NCBI GenBank assembly: GCA_951406725.2
Contig: OX597837.1
Location: 4,340,001-4,404,000, forward strand
Reading direction: 5' to 3'
Length of the DNA: 64,000 nucleotides
DNA from: Octopus vulgaris
Lineage: Eukaryota
The notes below the pieces were generated by a model, which was given only the letters and a program-made list of their open reading frames with translations, did no database searches and had not been told where the DNA came from. The first letter of the stretch is position 1. Each line of letters begins with the position of its first letter. The translations under genes and the position numbers were made by a program. Below are positions 35,281-48,440 of the stretch, in pieces.

Positions 35281-35524
35281 GAGTGATTGCTGGTTATGGC
35301 ATCGTTGCGGATGCAGGAATGGAAAACAACGAGGGCATAGATGTGTGTTTAAGTAGTTGGGGGTTTCACCACGATGTTCAGGGTTCAGTCTGACTGTTTG
35401 ACACCTTATGCGAGGGCCCCCTACCATAACCTGGAGTTAAGTAATGCTTTCGAAAGTGTATGAAGCCCTGTCACATGTGTATGCGGATATATAAAATATA
35501 TACACACGCATATAAATATATCTT

Positions 35525-35865
35525 TTTTCTTTTACTTGTTTCAGTCATTGCGCTTTGCCCATGCTGGAGCATCCTCTTTAGTCAATTTGGTCCCAGTACT
35601 TATTTATTTTTAAGCCTATCACTTATTCTATCAGGTTCTATTCGCCGAGTAGCTAAGTTCGGAGGTCGTAAACAAACAAACACCGGTTGTCAAGCTGTGG
35701 TGAGGACAAATACAAACGCACACACACATACATATGTGAATATATATACGACGGACTTCTTTCAGTTTCCATCAACTAAATTCACTAGCAACGCTTTGGT
35801 TGCCCGGAGCTATTGTAGAAAGACTTGTCCAAGGTGCGACACTGTGGGAGGGAAACCAGAACCAT
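35525..35865 (-). mobile_element. Diverged SINE family A
   Basis: Core and tail motifs of family A. Confidence 0.7.
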
Positions 35866-36190
35866 GAGATTTTGAACCCAGGACCTCGTGATTGCAAACC
35901 ATTTGGCAAAATTACGATATATACACATAGTGTATGTCTGTGTGTATGTGTGTGTGTAGTGCGTTTGTGTATGTGTTGAAAACTTGTAAACAGCGAAAGC
36001 CCTTAATACACTAAGAGAATCTTCCAAAGCTGGCGACTCTGTTTTTAATTTAATATATTTTTAATGTAATTAATAATATTTAATTTAAGAAAATATTCAG
36101 CTATTGTGACTATTTAAAGAATTGTTTACAGTTTTGAACACACGCACAAACACACATATGTATATCTACACGCACACTCAAACATACACG

Positions 36191-36237
<47 letters not shown>

Positions 36238-36431
36238 CACACAATATAAATATATATATATATACATTTTTGCATGCATACATATATGTTTATAGATATA
36301 CATGTATATATATATATATATTTATATATTCGTGTATGTCTATATGGTCATAACTACGTGATTTGCATATACAAATATATATAAGTATATATATGAATAT
36401 ATATACACACATACATGCATATATATATATG

Positions 36432-36464
<33 letters not shown>

Positions 36465-36478
36465 GTATATATATGAAT

Positions 36479-36521
<43 letters not shown>

Positions 36522-36535
36522 TATGTATATGTATG

Positions 36536-36597
<62 letters not shown>

Positions 36598-36665
36598 CAT
36601 ATATGTGTATATATATATATATATGTATGTATGTATGCATATATGTGTGTATATATATATATGTA

Positions 36666-36729
<64 letters not shown>

Positions 36730-37042
36730 GAGTAAAAGCACTTAATAATTTGTTTTTACTATTTTGGATCGTATCTCCTTTTCTCATTGGGAATTGATAA
36801 CAATTGTCGTCTGGTTTTTGTTTCCTATATACAACTCGAGGGAGATTTTGAATGAATTAGGAATTCATTATTCGCAAAATTCTAAACTTCTTTTATTACT
36901 TAATCCAAAATATTATTCTGTCGGCCCCTTCAGATTCTGCATCCTACAAATTTGTATATTTATTTTATACAAACACACACAAGCAACACACCCGCCAACA
37001 CAAGTAAAGTATAGAAAATAAAAATAAAAATATATATACTTT

Positions 37043-37757
37043 GTGATAAAATGCAGACGGCTAGCTGGATGGATTCTCCGAACTTTCAGAACAAGAGAGA
37101 AGGAGACACTGATGGTCCTATGGAAAACATTCGTCCTCAGCCGCTTGGACTACTGCTCCCAACTATGGTCACCACACAATATAAAACTAACAGCAGAACT
37201 CGAAGCAATTCAGAGAAGCTACACAAAGAAAATCGTCTCAATGCAAAATATCAGCTACTGGGAAAGACTGAAGGCATTAAACCTCTTCTCCCTAGAGCGG
37301 AGGCGGGGGAGATATGCGGTGATATACATCTGGAAAATCTTGGAGGTCTGGTCCCAAACTTTGGCATTAAAAGTTACCCAACCGCAAAACGGGGCGCCAC
37401 TGTATGGTGCCAAAGATTCCAACATCACCATCAAAATACAGGTCCAGATACTGCAACAGCTTGGGTTTCAGAGGACCACAGCTCTTCCACATCCTCCATA
37501 AATGCCTGAGAGACTTGCATGGTGTGGATGTGGGTTTCTTTAAAACTAAACTGGATCTCTTCTTGTCGGGAGTCCCAGATGAACCTACCTCACGACAGGA
37601 GACGCAGATGCGGGCAGCAGCGTCGAACTCCCTTGTTGATCAAGTGCCACGTATCAGAGGTGGATTCACATATTAGTGTAGCTCATTCAGCGGTGGTGCC
37701 CCAGCATGGCCGCGGCCTTCGGGCTAAAACATTTTTAAGGATTTAAGGATTTAAGGA
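37043..37757 (+). pseudogene. 5'-truncated CR1/L2-group LINE: RT C-terminal region, 3' UTR and (ATTTAAGG)n tail
   Basis: GWILRTF..LWKTFVLSRLDYCSQLWSP..LEAIQR..SYWERLKALNLFSLERRR..FKTKLDLFL; 8-bp tandem tail. Confidence 0.9.
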
Positions 37758-37952
37758 TATGTGTACACACATACACATACATACGCATAAATACACGCAG
37801 ATACACACACAGACATACACGCACGCACACACACACATGCTCACACAGAGGATGTACTGATGAAACCTTGTAATTTTACAGGCAGGAGTTGAATGCTGCA
37901 TCTCATCTAATGTCTAAGTCTATATATACACACACACACACATATATATATA

Positions 37953-38132
37953 TAGTTAATCCAAACAAGAAAGCACAAAAAACACAACAACGCGAGGACG
38001 TGGAACAAATATAGTATTATTGGACACTCAGGAAAGAAGGAAAGAAGGAGAGTTGAACGTTTCGAGCGGAGCTCTTCGTCAGAAACATAGGAAAAGCAAA
38101 GATCCAGAGAAGAGAAGACAGAGGAAAAAATC

Positions 38133-38136
<4 letters not shown>
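37953..38136 (-). mobile_element. Short element H1 with minimal hammerhead motif (38052-38086)
   Basis: GTTT-CTGACGAA-GAGC TCC GCTC-GAAAC-GTT-CAAC; canonical CUGANGA/GAAA core. Confidence 0.75.
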
Positions 38137-38203
<67 letters not shown>

Positions 38204-38547
38204 TTGTATAATCCAACCAAAATATCTCTGTTTCGCAATCGTAAACAGAATTACTATTTAGGCTTAAAATACACCGTACATATTCAAAGAACCTTCTTGG
38301 TTTCGTGGTACGGAACGTTCTTCCTGGTATTCTTATATTTTTTAATATTTTACTTTTTTCAGTAATTTGGATGTAGCCATGCTGAAGCACCGCCCTTTTG
38401 TCGAAGAAGAAGACCCCTGGAATTATTCCTTGTAAGCCAGGTGCTTATTCAACCAGTCTCTTTTGCCGAACAGCTAGGTTACGTGAACGGAAATACACCA
38501 ACATCGGTTGTCAAGCGATTGTAGTGGGGGGATAAACACAGACATAA

Positions 38548-38624
<77 letters not shown>

Positions 38625-39630
38625 AAAATACAAAGTGGGACAAAAAGCAAAACATTTTGATAACGATACAAAAAACACGGACGGGACATTCGAAGCCTTC
38701 AATCTTCAGTCAAGAACCGGATCATCCTCGCAATTTCGGCTGATTAATCTTGTGATTGCTCCAATCTGGCCAACCCCAAGGAAAATCTAAGCTAAGCGCA
38801 TTAGATTCCTTGGAAGAAAGCTTCGGATGTATACAAAACAAGGACAGTAAAACGGAGGATGTTACACGATTATGAATACAAAAATAATACGTAAAAACAA
38901 TAATAATAATATTAATAACAATAACAGGACATCACGAACAGGCGTCTTTCGACTAGGACGAATTAAGCTCAGCTGGCGTACGCGAAGCAAAATGGAAGAT
39001 GGAGATAAGATTAATAAAAGTCTATTAACAATGACAAGATCAGACCAACAATCGTTTCAATTCATCACTTGCAGCATAAAAATTAATCAAATTTAATTTA
39101 ATTCAACTAAATTAATTTTGTTAATTGCTACAATTGAGAATATCTTCGGGGAAGGATGTACAAAGAAACTCATCGTACTTAAAACAAAATGAAAAAGAAA
39201 TAAACAAAAAAAAAAACGGGAAGAACACAGTGTACCATTAAAGTCACTAATAATCACTGTTATAAAAATAGATACAGTTATAAAAAAATAGAGTTAGCCA
39301 TGAATATAAATGATGATAATGCAGACATGCCCACGCAAAAATACGAATAATGGTGATACGTAAAAAAACAAAACAATAGATAGCTTATAATATTATGGAA
39401 GTAGTGTAGTGAAATAATTGGGTGTTCAAAATAACCATATATACACACATGCAGTCCTTATTCGCATAATCACCGAACCTGGAGCTTATTTATGGTCTGT
39501 CCAAAGCACTTACTCAGCATTACCTGACACCTTTGCGTCTTATTGGCACCATTACCTCTTATAACCTATATATATATATACATATATACATATATATATA
39601 TGCATATGCATATATATATATATATGTATG

Positions 39631-39680
<50 letters not shown>

Positions 39681-40030
39681 CACACATACAAATATAAGCA
39701 AGGTTAATATACTAAATTAATTAAAAGAATAAAATTATTAATTAGTAGGAAGATAAAGGGGGATTATAAGAAGATTAAAGGAGAATAGAAAATAGAAGTA
39801 AATGTGCTGAAATGAGCTTCCATAAATTCGGATACAAGAAGAGAAAAACTAGACGCGGAGAACACAAAAAAAAAAATATAAATTATTGAGCGAAGTTTGG
39901 AATAAATAATAAAATAGAAGATAATTAATTAATGAAACTAATACTATATGTACAATTTAAATGTTAATTATAAAAATCTCTATATTCATATGTACTATTA
40001 TTTTTGCAAAAGCATGTACTCACATTCATA

Positions 40031-40080
<50 letters not shown>

Positions 40081-40371
40081 AGGTATACTAGCCATCTCAA
40101 TATGGTTAACCACTAAGGGTGGGTGTTACTGTAGCTTGTTCAGAGATTTATTATTGCTATATATATATATATAAGTATATATGCATATACGCACAGACAC
40201 ATACACATATATACATACTTATACATACACATACGTACACATATGCGCAGACACATGTCTACACAAATATCGAATATAGAAGAAAAACAGTGAAAAAATT
40301 ATACATACTATAAATTATGTTATTTAATCTATTTAAAATAGGTTCTATTAATAGTTACATATATACCCACC

Positions 40372-40416
<45 letters not shown>

Positions 40417-40479
40417 CAAATGCCCATATATATACATATATATATACGCATATATATATGTGTGTATATATATATATAC

Positions 40480-40542
<63 letters not shown>

Positions 40543-40567
40543 TATATATATATACATATCTATCTAC

Positions 40568-40638
<71 letters not shown>

Positions 40639-40679
40639 TGCACATATACATACATAAATATACAAATATATATTTACCC

Positions 40680-41050
40680 ACGTTCTCGAATTTGTGGGGA
40701 ATGGACTAGTCGATTACATCGATCCCCACTATTTCACTGGTACTTAATTTTTCGACCCCGAAAGAATGAAAGATTAAGTCAACCTTCGCGGAATTTGAAC
40801 TCAGAACGTAACGACAGACGAAATACCTATTTCTTTACTACCCACAAGGGACTAAACAGAGAGAGAACAAACAATGACAGACAAACGGATTAAGTCGATT
40901 ACATCAACCTCCAGTGCATAACTGGTACTTTGTTTATCGACTCCGATAGGATGAAAGGTAAAGTCGACCAGGCGGAATTTGAACTCAGAAGGTAAAGTCA
41001 GACGAAAGAATTTCGCCCGATATGCTAACGATTCAGCAAGATCGTCGCCT
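40680..41050 (-). mobile_element. Nested SINE B pair: Tx1-tailed copy followed by a copy with a different tail
   Basis: Junction AAAGAAAT|AGGTATTTCGTCTG at about 40827 (minus strand). Confidence 0.85.
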
Positions 41051-41300
41051 TGGGGATAATAATAATCCCTTTTACTATAGGCACAAGGTCGGAAACTTTT
41101 GGGGAGGGAGCTAATCGATTGTATCGATCCCCAGTATGTATGTATGTATGTATGTATGTATGTATGTATGTATGTATATTTGTATGTATGTATGTATGTA
41201 TGTATGTATGTATGTACGTATGTATGTATGTATGTATAAGCTGTATTTTTAAAATCTTTTATTAAATGTAACAAGCCCGAAAACCTTTTGATACCACCCA

Positions 41301-41330
<30 letters not shown>

Positions 41331-41336
<6 letters not shown>

Positions 41337-41600
41337 ATATTTCGGAATGGTCATATTGCCAGTTTAGCCAATAAAAATACACGCACTATATATTTGGTGT
41401 TATTTTGCTTCAGTGATATTTATTTTTTACATTAATCTTAATCTTATTTCGGCCAGAGTTCTTTCGTCACACTCCTGTGACCGCATCAGTGGTCCTTTGT
41501 TTTCTTCTTTTGTATTTGTGTCTCTCCTTACTAACCGAAATATAACAATATCTGTTTCAACACACGACTTCACATAAAAAATCTTGCACAACAAATATTT
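41331..41600. mobile_element. Short element H3 with internal inversion; hammerhead-like motif at 41451-41495 (-)
   Basis: 41331-41533 is inverted relative to the copy at 45985-46279; bounded by ATTGTTATATTTCGG / CCGAAATATAACAAT. Confidence 0.75.
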
Positions 41601-41604
41601 AAAC

Positions 41605-41646
<42 letters not shown>

Positions 41647-41649
41647 TTT

Positions 41650-41850
41650 AAAATTTTGGCACAATGTCAGCAATTCTGGGGGAGGAGGTTAAGTCGATTA
41701 CATCGACCCGAGTCCTCAAGTGGTACTCAATTTATCACCCTCGGAAGGATGAAAGGCAAAGTTGATCTCTGCGCAATTTGAACTCAGAACGTATAGACGG
41801 ACGAAACGCCACTAAGTATTTTGCCTGACATGCTAACGGTTCTGCTATCT
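41650..41850 (-). mobile_element. SINE family B
   Basis: Family B core motifs. Confidence 0.75.
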
Positions 41851-42497
41851 TGCTTTACATATATACACGCACACACACACTTAAACACTCACAAAACCAA
41901 ACACACACACACACTCACAAACGCACACACATATACACACACTCATACAATTTTGTATATGTTCTATATTTAATGTAGTATTTAATTTTTGCTGCTTTCT
42001 TTTTCTAAGCTGATATAATTTTATATTTCTCAATGCGAAGCCTACAACGAAAGTTCAAATCTAATTAAACTTTGATTGTCTCTATTGAATTTATGATAAG
42101 CATTATAATTCTTCTCCCTAGTGTTATCTATATAAACCAGATGAATTTCAATTCTACGTAAAATTAAATTTTGTATTCGATGATACCGTTGATGTTCTCC
42201 CATTGGTATCTTTATGAGGTATCTTTATGTATGTTTATATGCCTTTGGGATAGCTAGTTACGAATTAAGGAACACAATTATGATTTCATGTAACGGCAGC
42301 TGTACAGGAATAATGAAAAATAGCATCGGAATAACAGCAGATAACTACGACCAGCAATGATGGCGCTTGTGGCAATATTCAAATAATTTTCGTGTAGGAA
42401 GTTTAGGTAGCCAATAGGGTTTTCTTACGTATGCATGAGACTAACGTTTGTTATGCACGAAAGTTATTCTATCACGTAGTCAGGTCACATTTCAGAG

Positions 42498-42652
42498 CAG
42501 TGGGAGTGTGGTAAGAAGCCTGCTTCCTAAACAAATGGTTCCCGGTTCAGTCCTGCTGCGTGGTAGCTTGGGCAAATGTCTTCTATTTTGCCTCGGCCCG
42601 ACCAAAGCCTTGTGAGCGGATTTGGCTAACGGAAACTGCAAGAAGCCCGTCG

Positions 42653-42685
<33 letters not shown>

Positions 42686-42935
42686 GTGTGTGTATGTGTG
42701 TGTGTGTGTCTGTGTGTGTGTGTGTGTGTATCTTTGTGTCTGTTTATCCCGCACCGCCGCTGGTCAACCGGTGTAAGTTTGTTTACGTTTGAGAGTGTTT
42801 GTTTGAAACTGATAGAACAAATAGTTGGCTCTAAAAATTCTCGGGATCGATTTGTTCGACTAAAAACCCTTCAAGACGGTGCTCCAACATGGCCTCAGTC
42901 AAGTGACTGGAACAAGTAAAAGACAAAAGATAAAA
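42498..42935 (+). mobile_element. SINE family A, diverged full length
   Basis: Head, internal TA/TG run and tail present. Confidence 0.8.
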
Positions 42936-43419
42936 GGAAACTGGGAAACCGAGGCCTTTTTTCAACGTGGGTAGTACCGTCTCCAAGAGGGCATTAGGCA
43001 TATTAGAGAAAGCGTTAGGCTTCGAAGATGGGGATACTGAGAAGGTCGGTGAGGTAACATAATTAACACATTAAATTTTACCTATAGTAGTAACCATATT
43101 ATAAATGATAAAACTAGTAATGGTTATTAAAATAAATAGTGCGCTGCTATTTCTAGCAGGTCGAGTAACTGTGTAGAATCTACACAGCAGCTCGTGGTAA
43201 TATGCAAAATTTAGTTAGATCTCTTCAGGCACAAGTTGCGATGTATAAATTAAATTTACAGCTTTTTTCTTTATCATTTCTCTGTCAAAAGCTTATACAA
43301 TTCATTTCTAGAGTAAAATCTATAAATTATCAACCATGTTAACCCATTCGCGCAGACATTTTTCTAGTAAATGAAATTGCCTGAAAATTCACAGTCGCTG
43401 TTATTTTGACTTAAATAAT

Positions 43420-44045
43420 AACTGTTGTTTGTTCCTTCTCGAGCCACGCCTGGCTCATAAGGACCGGTTTCCCGGTTTCCGTGGCGTATAGGTTCCCCAT
43501 CTGGACGGGACGCCGGTCCGTCGCAGGTGAGCTGCAAGATGCAGGAGGAAAGAGTGAGAGGAAAGTTGTGGCGAAAAAGAGAGCAGAAGTTTCGCCATTA
43601 CCTTCTGCCGGGGCCGCGTGGAGCTTAGCTGTTTCCCTCATAAACACACACACACATCGCCTGGTCTGAGATTTGAACCAGCGATCCATCGACCGCTGCT
43701 CTAACCACTAGGCCATGTGCCTCCACAAATAACAACTTCGTTTATGTCACCCTTTTCAAGCTTAGCCAGGCTCATGGGCTCGGTTTCCTGGTTCCTGTGG
43801 CATATATGTTCCCTCCAGCTGGACGGGACGGCAAACCATCGCAGCGTTATTCAAGAAACAGGGAGTGTGAGAGAAAGTTGTGGCAAAAGAGTACAACAGG
43901 GGTCGCCACAACCCCCTGCCGGAGCCTCGTGGAGTTTTTAAGGTATTTTCGCTCAATAAACACACACAACGCCAGGTCTAGGAATTGAAACCGCGATCCT
44001 CCGACCTCGAGTCCGCTGCCCTAACCACTAGGCCATGTGTCTCCA
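43420..44045 (-). mobile_element. Two tandem SINE family C copies with V-domain-like tails
   Basis: Heads GGAGRCACATGGCCTAGTGGTTAG at about 43725 and 44045; bodies contain GTCCCGTCCAG..GAAACC. Confidence 0.8.
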
Positions 44046-44236
44046 CAAATAACAATTGAAAAACAAAAATTTAGTTGAAATTCGTTAGATACCGACGGCG
44101 TACACGTTAAGAACCTGTTTCATTCTTTGATGCAGATCATACACGAATCACAATTTGTATCAAGTATTTGTTTTATACCCTTATAAATTAAGGGTCAGTT
44201 TAAACGGTCGACCGGCATGAATGGGTTACGTTAGAT

Positions 44237-44450
44237 AAGGCGGCGAGCTGGTAGAAACGTTAACACCTCGGGCGAAATGCTTTGCAGTATTTCGTCTGCT
44301 GTTACGTTCTGAGTTCAAATTCCGGCGAGGTCGACTTTGCCTTTCATCCTTTCGGGGTCGATAAATTAAGCACCATTTACGTACTGGAGTCAATCTAATC
44401 GACTGGTGCCCTCCCCAAAAATTTCGGGCCTTGTGCCTAGAGTAGTAAAC
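44237..44450 (+). mobile_element. SINE family B (non-Tx1 tail) with 18-bp TSD
   Basis: GAATGGGTTASGTTAGAT at 44219 and 44451. Confidence 0.9.
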
Positions 44451-45262
44451 GAATGGGTTAGGTTAGATTAGTCGTGGCACCTCACTAGCCACCTAAGTGG
44501 GTGCTAGGCATGACAACCACTTAAAAGGCGCGCTACAAAGTTAAATAAAATAAATGATTGAGAATCTCTGCATCAGAGTGTACCGCATAACCAGGTCTTA
44601 TCTCAAACAAATAAAGAAACAAATCTGAAGTAGAAAAAAGATATCTTCATACTTTGAAATAATTAAAAACGTGAGAATAATAATTAATATTTTTGACTAA
44701 TTGAACACCTGGGAAAGAAAGAAAAGCAAAAGAAAAAAATATCAAATCAATTTTTTTAATAGATTTATGAAACCATTCTGAGAATTGTTTTCTATTTCGG
44801 AACTTTTGAATCGAATGGTTATTGTTGACAATTTAAGTAATAGAAAATATAGATAATTATTACCATACCTTATCAAGATATTTCTCTTATCTTCATGTTT
44901 TAACGATTTCAATTTATTTTTTAAAAAGCTTTCTTTTCCCCTGGTTAATTTCGTTTATAAAGGCATCAGAATATCGTATTTTTCATTTCGATTCACTTAT
45001 TTTTCCATCTTGATTTCTCTTTGATAACTTGAAACGTTTGTACAAACATTATAGTCAAGCATACACAAACGTTTGTCAACCATGAGTGGTATTACGTATT
45101 ATATATGTGTGTGTGTGTATGCGTACGCGCGTGTGGGTGTGTATTATACGTATTGCATGTATATCTAAATTCCTACGTATAATAATACACACATACACAC
45201 ACACATATATATCCATATTCACACACTCACATCACCTTGCTCACACAAGTACACAAACACAT

Positions 45263-45497
45263 AAGGCGGCGAGCTGGCAGAATCGTTAGCACGCCGGGCG
45301 AAATGCTTAGCAGTATATTTCGTCTACCGCTACGTTCTGAGTTCAAATTCCGCCGAAGTCGACTTTGCATTTCATCCTTTCGTGGTCGATTAAATAAGTA
45401 CCAGTTACGCACTGGGGTCGATATAATCCAATTAATCTGTTTGTCTGTCCTTGTTTGTCCCCTCTGTTTTTAGCCCCTTGTGGCTAATAAAGAAATA
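45263..45497 (+). mobile_element. SINE family B with Tx1-type tail
   Basis: Ends TTTGTCCCCTCTGTTTTTAGCCCCTTGTGGCTAATAAAGAAAT. Confidence 0.9.
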
Positions 45498-45506
45498 TAA
45501 TACGTG

Positions 45507-45547
<41 letters not shown>

Positions 45548-45984
45548 TATATACAGTCCCACATAAAAGTATGTACACCCCTACAAATTTTCAGTAAAAT
45601 TGCCATTACTCTGATAATATCGAAAGAATTCAAACGAAATTTATACTGAATAAAATATATTATACATGCAAACATTATACAAATTTGGAAGGCAAGACAA
45701 TATACATTTTAAAAGATATGGACAAAATATTAATTTTCAAACGTTACAATAATATGTACACCCTGAAGGAAATTTGCTATACTCAATATTTTAACCACTG
45801 TTTTCACTAAATTCAAATATTGCTAATTTGAATTCTAATAAATTATTTCTCCTGGCATTTTTGCACTGATCATTGTTATTGCATCTGCAGGAATTCTGAT
45901 TTGTGTACAGTGGTGAATATTTTCTTCATTGTGATTAAAATGGCACCAAAAGGAAAATAATTGTCTGAAGATTTGAAGAAAATT

Positions 45985-46279
45985 TGAAGAAATACAAAAT
46001 ACAAAATGGCTGACCGTTGGTAAGGAGAGACACACAAATAAGAAAGAAGAAAGCAAAGGACCACTGATGCGGTCACAGGAGTGTGACGAAAGAACTCTGG
46101 CCGAAGTAAGATTAAGATTCATGTAAAAAATAAATAACGCTGAAGCAAAGTAACACCAAATATATAGTGCGTGTATTTTTATTGGCTAAACTGGCAAAAT
46201 GACCATTCCTAAATACAACAATATCTGTTTCAACACACGATTTCACATAAAAAATCTTGCGAAACAAATATATAAAAAC
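45985..46279 (+). mobile_element. Short element H3 with hammerhead-like motif (46058-46102), inserted in the Tc1 ORF
   Basis: GGACCA-CTGATGCG-GTCACA GGAG TGTGAC-GAAA GAAC TC-TGGCC; possible TSD TGAAGAAAATT at 45974 and 46280. Confidence 0.7.
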
Positions 46280-46346
46280 TGAAGAAAATTATTTTTAATT
46301 TACACAAGAATGGTTTAAGATACGAGTTAATTAGCAAACGAATATA

Positions 46347-46726
46347 CACTACCGTCAGAAATTAATTAGCACCCTTGATTTGCTCTTCACTCAAGGTATG
46401 TGCTGTCACCTAGTGGCCATATCTCGAACTATTGCTTTGTTGCGAGTTCACTGTTGCGCAGAACGATGACGTAACTTTGTTTGCAGAGCAGTTTGAGAGT
46501 CTACAGCCTTATGATGCTGACATAGCAGTGCAACAACAACTTGGAGTGCGGATGCAGACAAATCTTCCTTTGTTTAATAGATATAGGTAGCGCCTCGCAA
46601 GGACCGAAATCGCACCATACTAAGTTTTCTCATCGCGTAAGACGTTTTGAACAGCTCATAGGTTAATTGATTTAACCTATTTAATGTAGAAATTTGAGAA
46701 GTGCTAATTAATTTCTGACGCAAGTG
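46347..46726. mobile_element. Tc1/mariner-type MITE nested in the Tc1 ORF
   Basis: TIR CACTACCGTCAGAAATTAATTAGCAC / GTGCTAATTAATTTCTGACGCAAGTG with TA TSD; host reading resumes after it. Confidence 0.9.
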
Positions 46727-47798
46727 TATATTAGCGTAAACACAGTTGCCAAAGTAATTCAGAAGTACAAAGCTACTGAGCGGCTAAGCAATAAACACAG
46801 TCGAGGTCGTCCTTCTATTTTAACTGCGTGTGACACACGCCACATCCAACGTCGTACCGCTTCATCTTAGGCTCATCAAGTGTCTTCTGTTAGTGGAAAG
46901 AATGTATCCACCCAAACAGTTCGCCAATGTTTGAACTGATGTGGCCTTCATTGGTGCATTCCTCGTAGGAAGCCTTTCCTCACTACCAGGCATAAATTAA
47001 ATCGCCTTTCTTTTGTTGAGACCTATGTGAGCAAGGGGAAGGTGTCTGGGAATAAAATTTGTTTTCCTGACGGGACCAAAATCATCTTGTTTGGGTCAGA
47101 TAGTATTCAACGAGTATGGCAAAGACCAGGTGAAGATAACAGCGACAAATGCACTGTACTTACTGTTGAAACACGGCGGAGGAAGTGTTATGGTTTGGGG
47201 ATGCATGGGTGTGACTGGTGTGGGAGGACTCACATTTTTTTGAGAGAATACTGGATTCAAAGCTTTGTTGTGACACATTGCAGAAAACAATGTTGAAGAG
47301 TATCGAGGAACCATTAAAACATTCCATGTTCCAATATGATAAGGACCCAAAGCACACTTCAAAGATGACGACTAAGCTATTATCAGATAAGTTAAAAGTA
47401 TTGCCTTGGTGTACCATGTCACCTGATTTAAAACCAAAAGAACACCTGTGGGTGTTTTGAAAAGGAAAGTTGAGGAAAGAAAGCGCTGCAATGTAACACA
47501 GATGAAACGTCATTCAGGATGAATGGAGGTCGATTTCATCGATTATATTGGGTATTTTAGTCGACTTTATACACAGAAAACTTAATGCAGTCCTTGAACA
47601 TAAAGGCGGTCACAGCGGATATTCAGTATAGCAAATATAGAGAAGGGGGAGTAAAAGAATAAGAGAGAGAAAGAGAGAATTACCTCTGAATATCCTTGTT
47701 GCGTATTTTAATTTTACACACCTTATTTTGAAATTGTATGGATAATACCATACTAAATTCTGGTGCCTCAACTTAAGTACCATATTCATCTGAATCTC

Positions 47799-47884
<86 letters not shown>

Positions 47885-48009
47885 AATATAGCCATGTGCA
47901 TATTTATGTATATGGATGTGCTTGGAATTTAATGCGCTAAATAGATATATTTCTGCTATATATAGGAGTGCACCTTCAGCAGTAATATAAGAGTGAGTGG
48001 GTGTATGTA

Positions 48010-48117
<108 letters not shown>

Positions 48118-48239
48118 AATCTATCTATCTATCTACTTATCTACCTATCTACCTATCTCTCTCTCTCTCTTTCTCTACATCCCTCCCACTAACTTCTCCT
48201 CTCTCTCTCTCTACATATATATATATGTATGCATATAGC

Positions 48240-48381
48240 TGAAATTTATAGAGAAACAAAATACGAAGATAGCCGTTTGAATAACAAACAAGTGTATCAG
48301 TTTGATGCTGGGGAAATATGAAAAAAAGTCTTTTATGTTTCGAGCCTACGCTCTTGAACAGAAAAGAATAAAAGGAAAAAT

Positions 48382-48422
<41 letters not shown>

Positions 48423-48440
48423 AGAAAATGTGTAGAGTTC
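48240..48440 (-). mobile_element. Short element H2, diverged
   Basis: CTTTTCTGTTCAAGAGCGTAGGCTCGAAACATAAAAGAC. Confidence 0.65.

Larger units (their letters stand above)
45554..47630 (+). pseudogene. Degenerate Tc1-family transposon with two nested insertions
   Basis: TA|CAGT left end with repeated TATGTACACCC; MAPKG start; SRGRP; FPDGTK; TV(K)HGGGSVMVWGCM; FQYDKDPKHTS..SPDLKPKEHLW (DD34E-like); right TIR not found. Confidence 0.85.

Noticed and set aside
38625-39130. Structured insert with a hairpin (CCAAGGAAAATCTAA..TTAGATTCCTTGG) as a ribozyme or PLE end
   Set aside because: No intact catalytic core, and single copy in the window, so it cannot be classified.
43339-44230. piggyBac-like MITE (TTAA CCCATTC ... 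GAATGGG TTAC)
   Set aside because: The terminal match is only about 7-10 bp and the right TTAA is imperfect.
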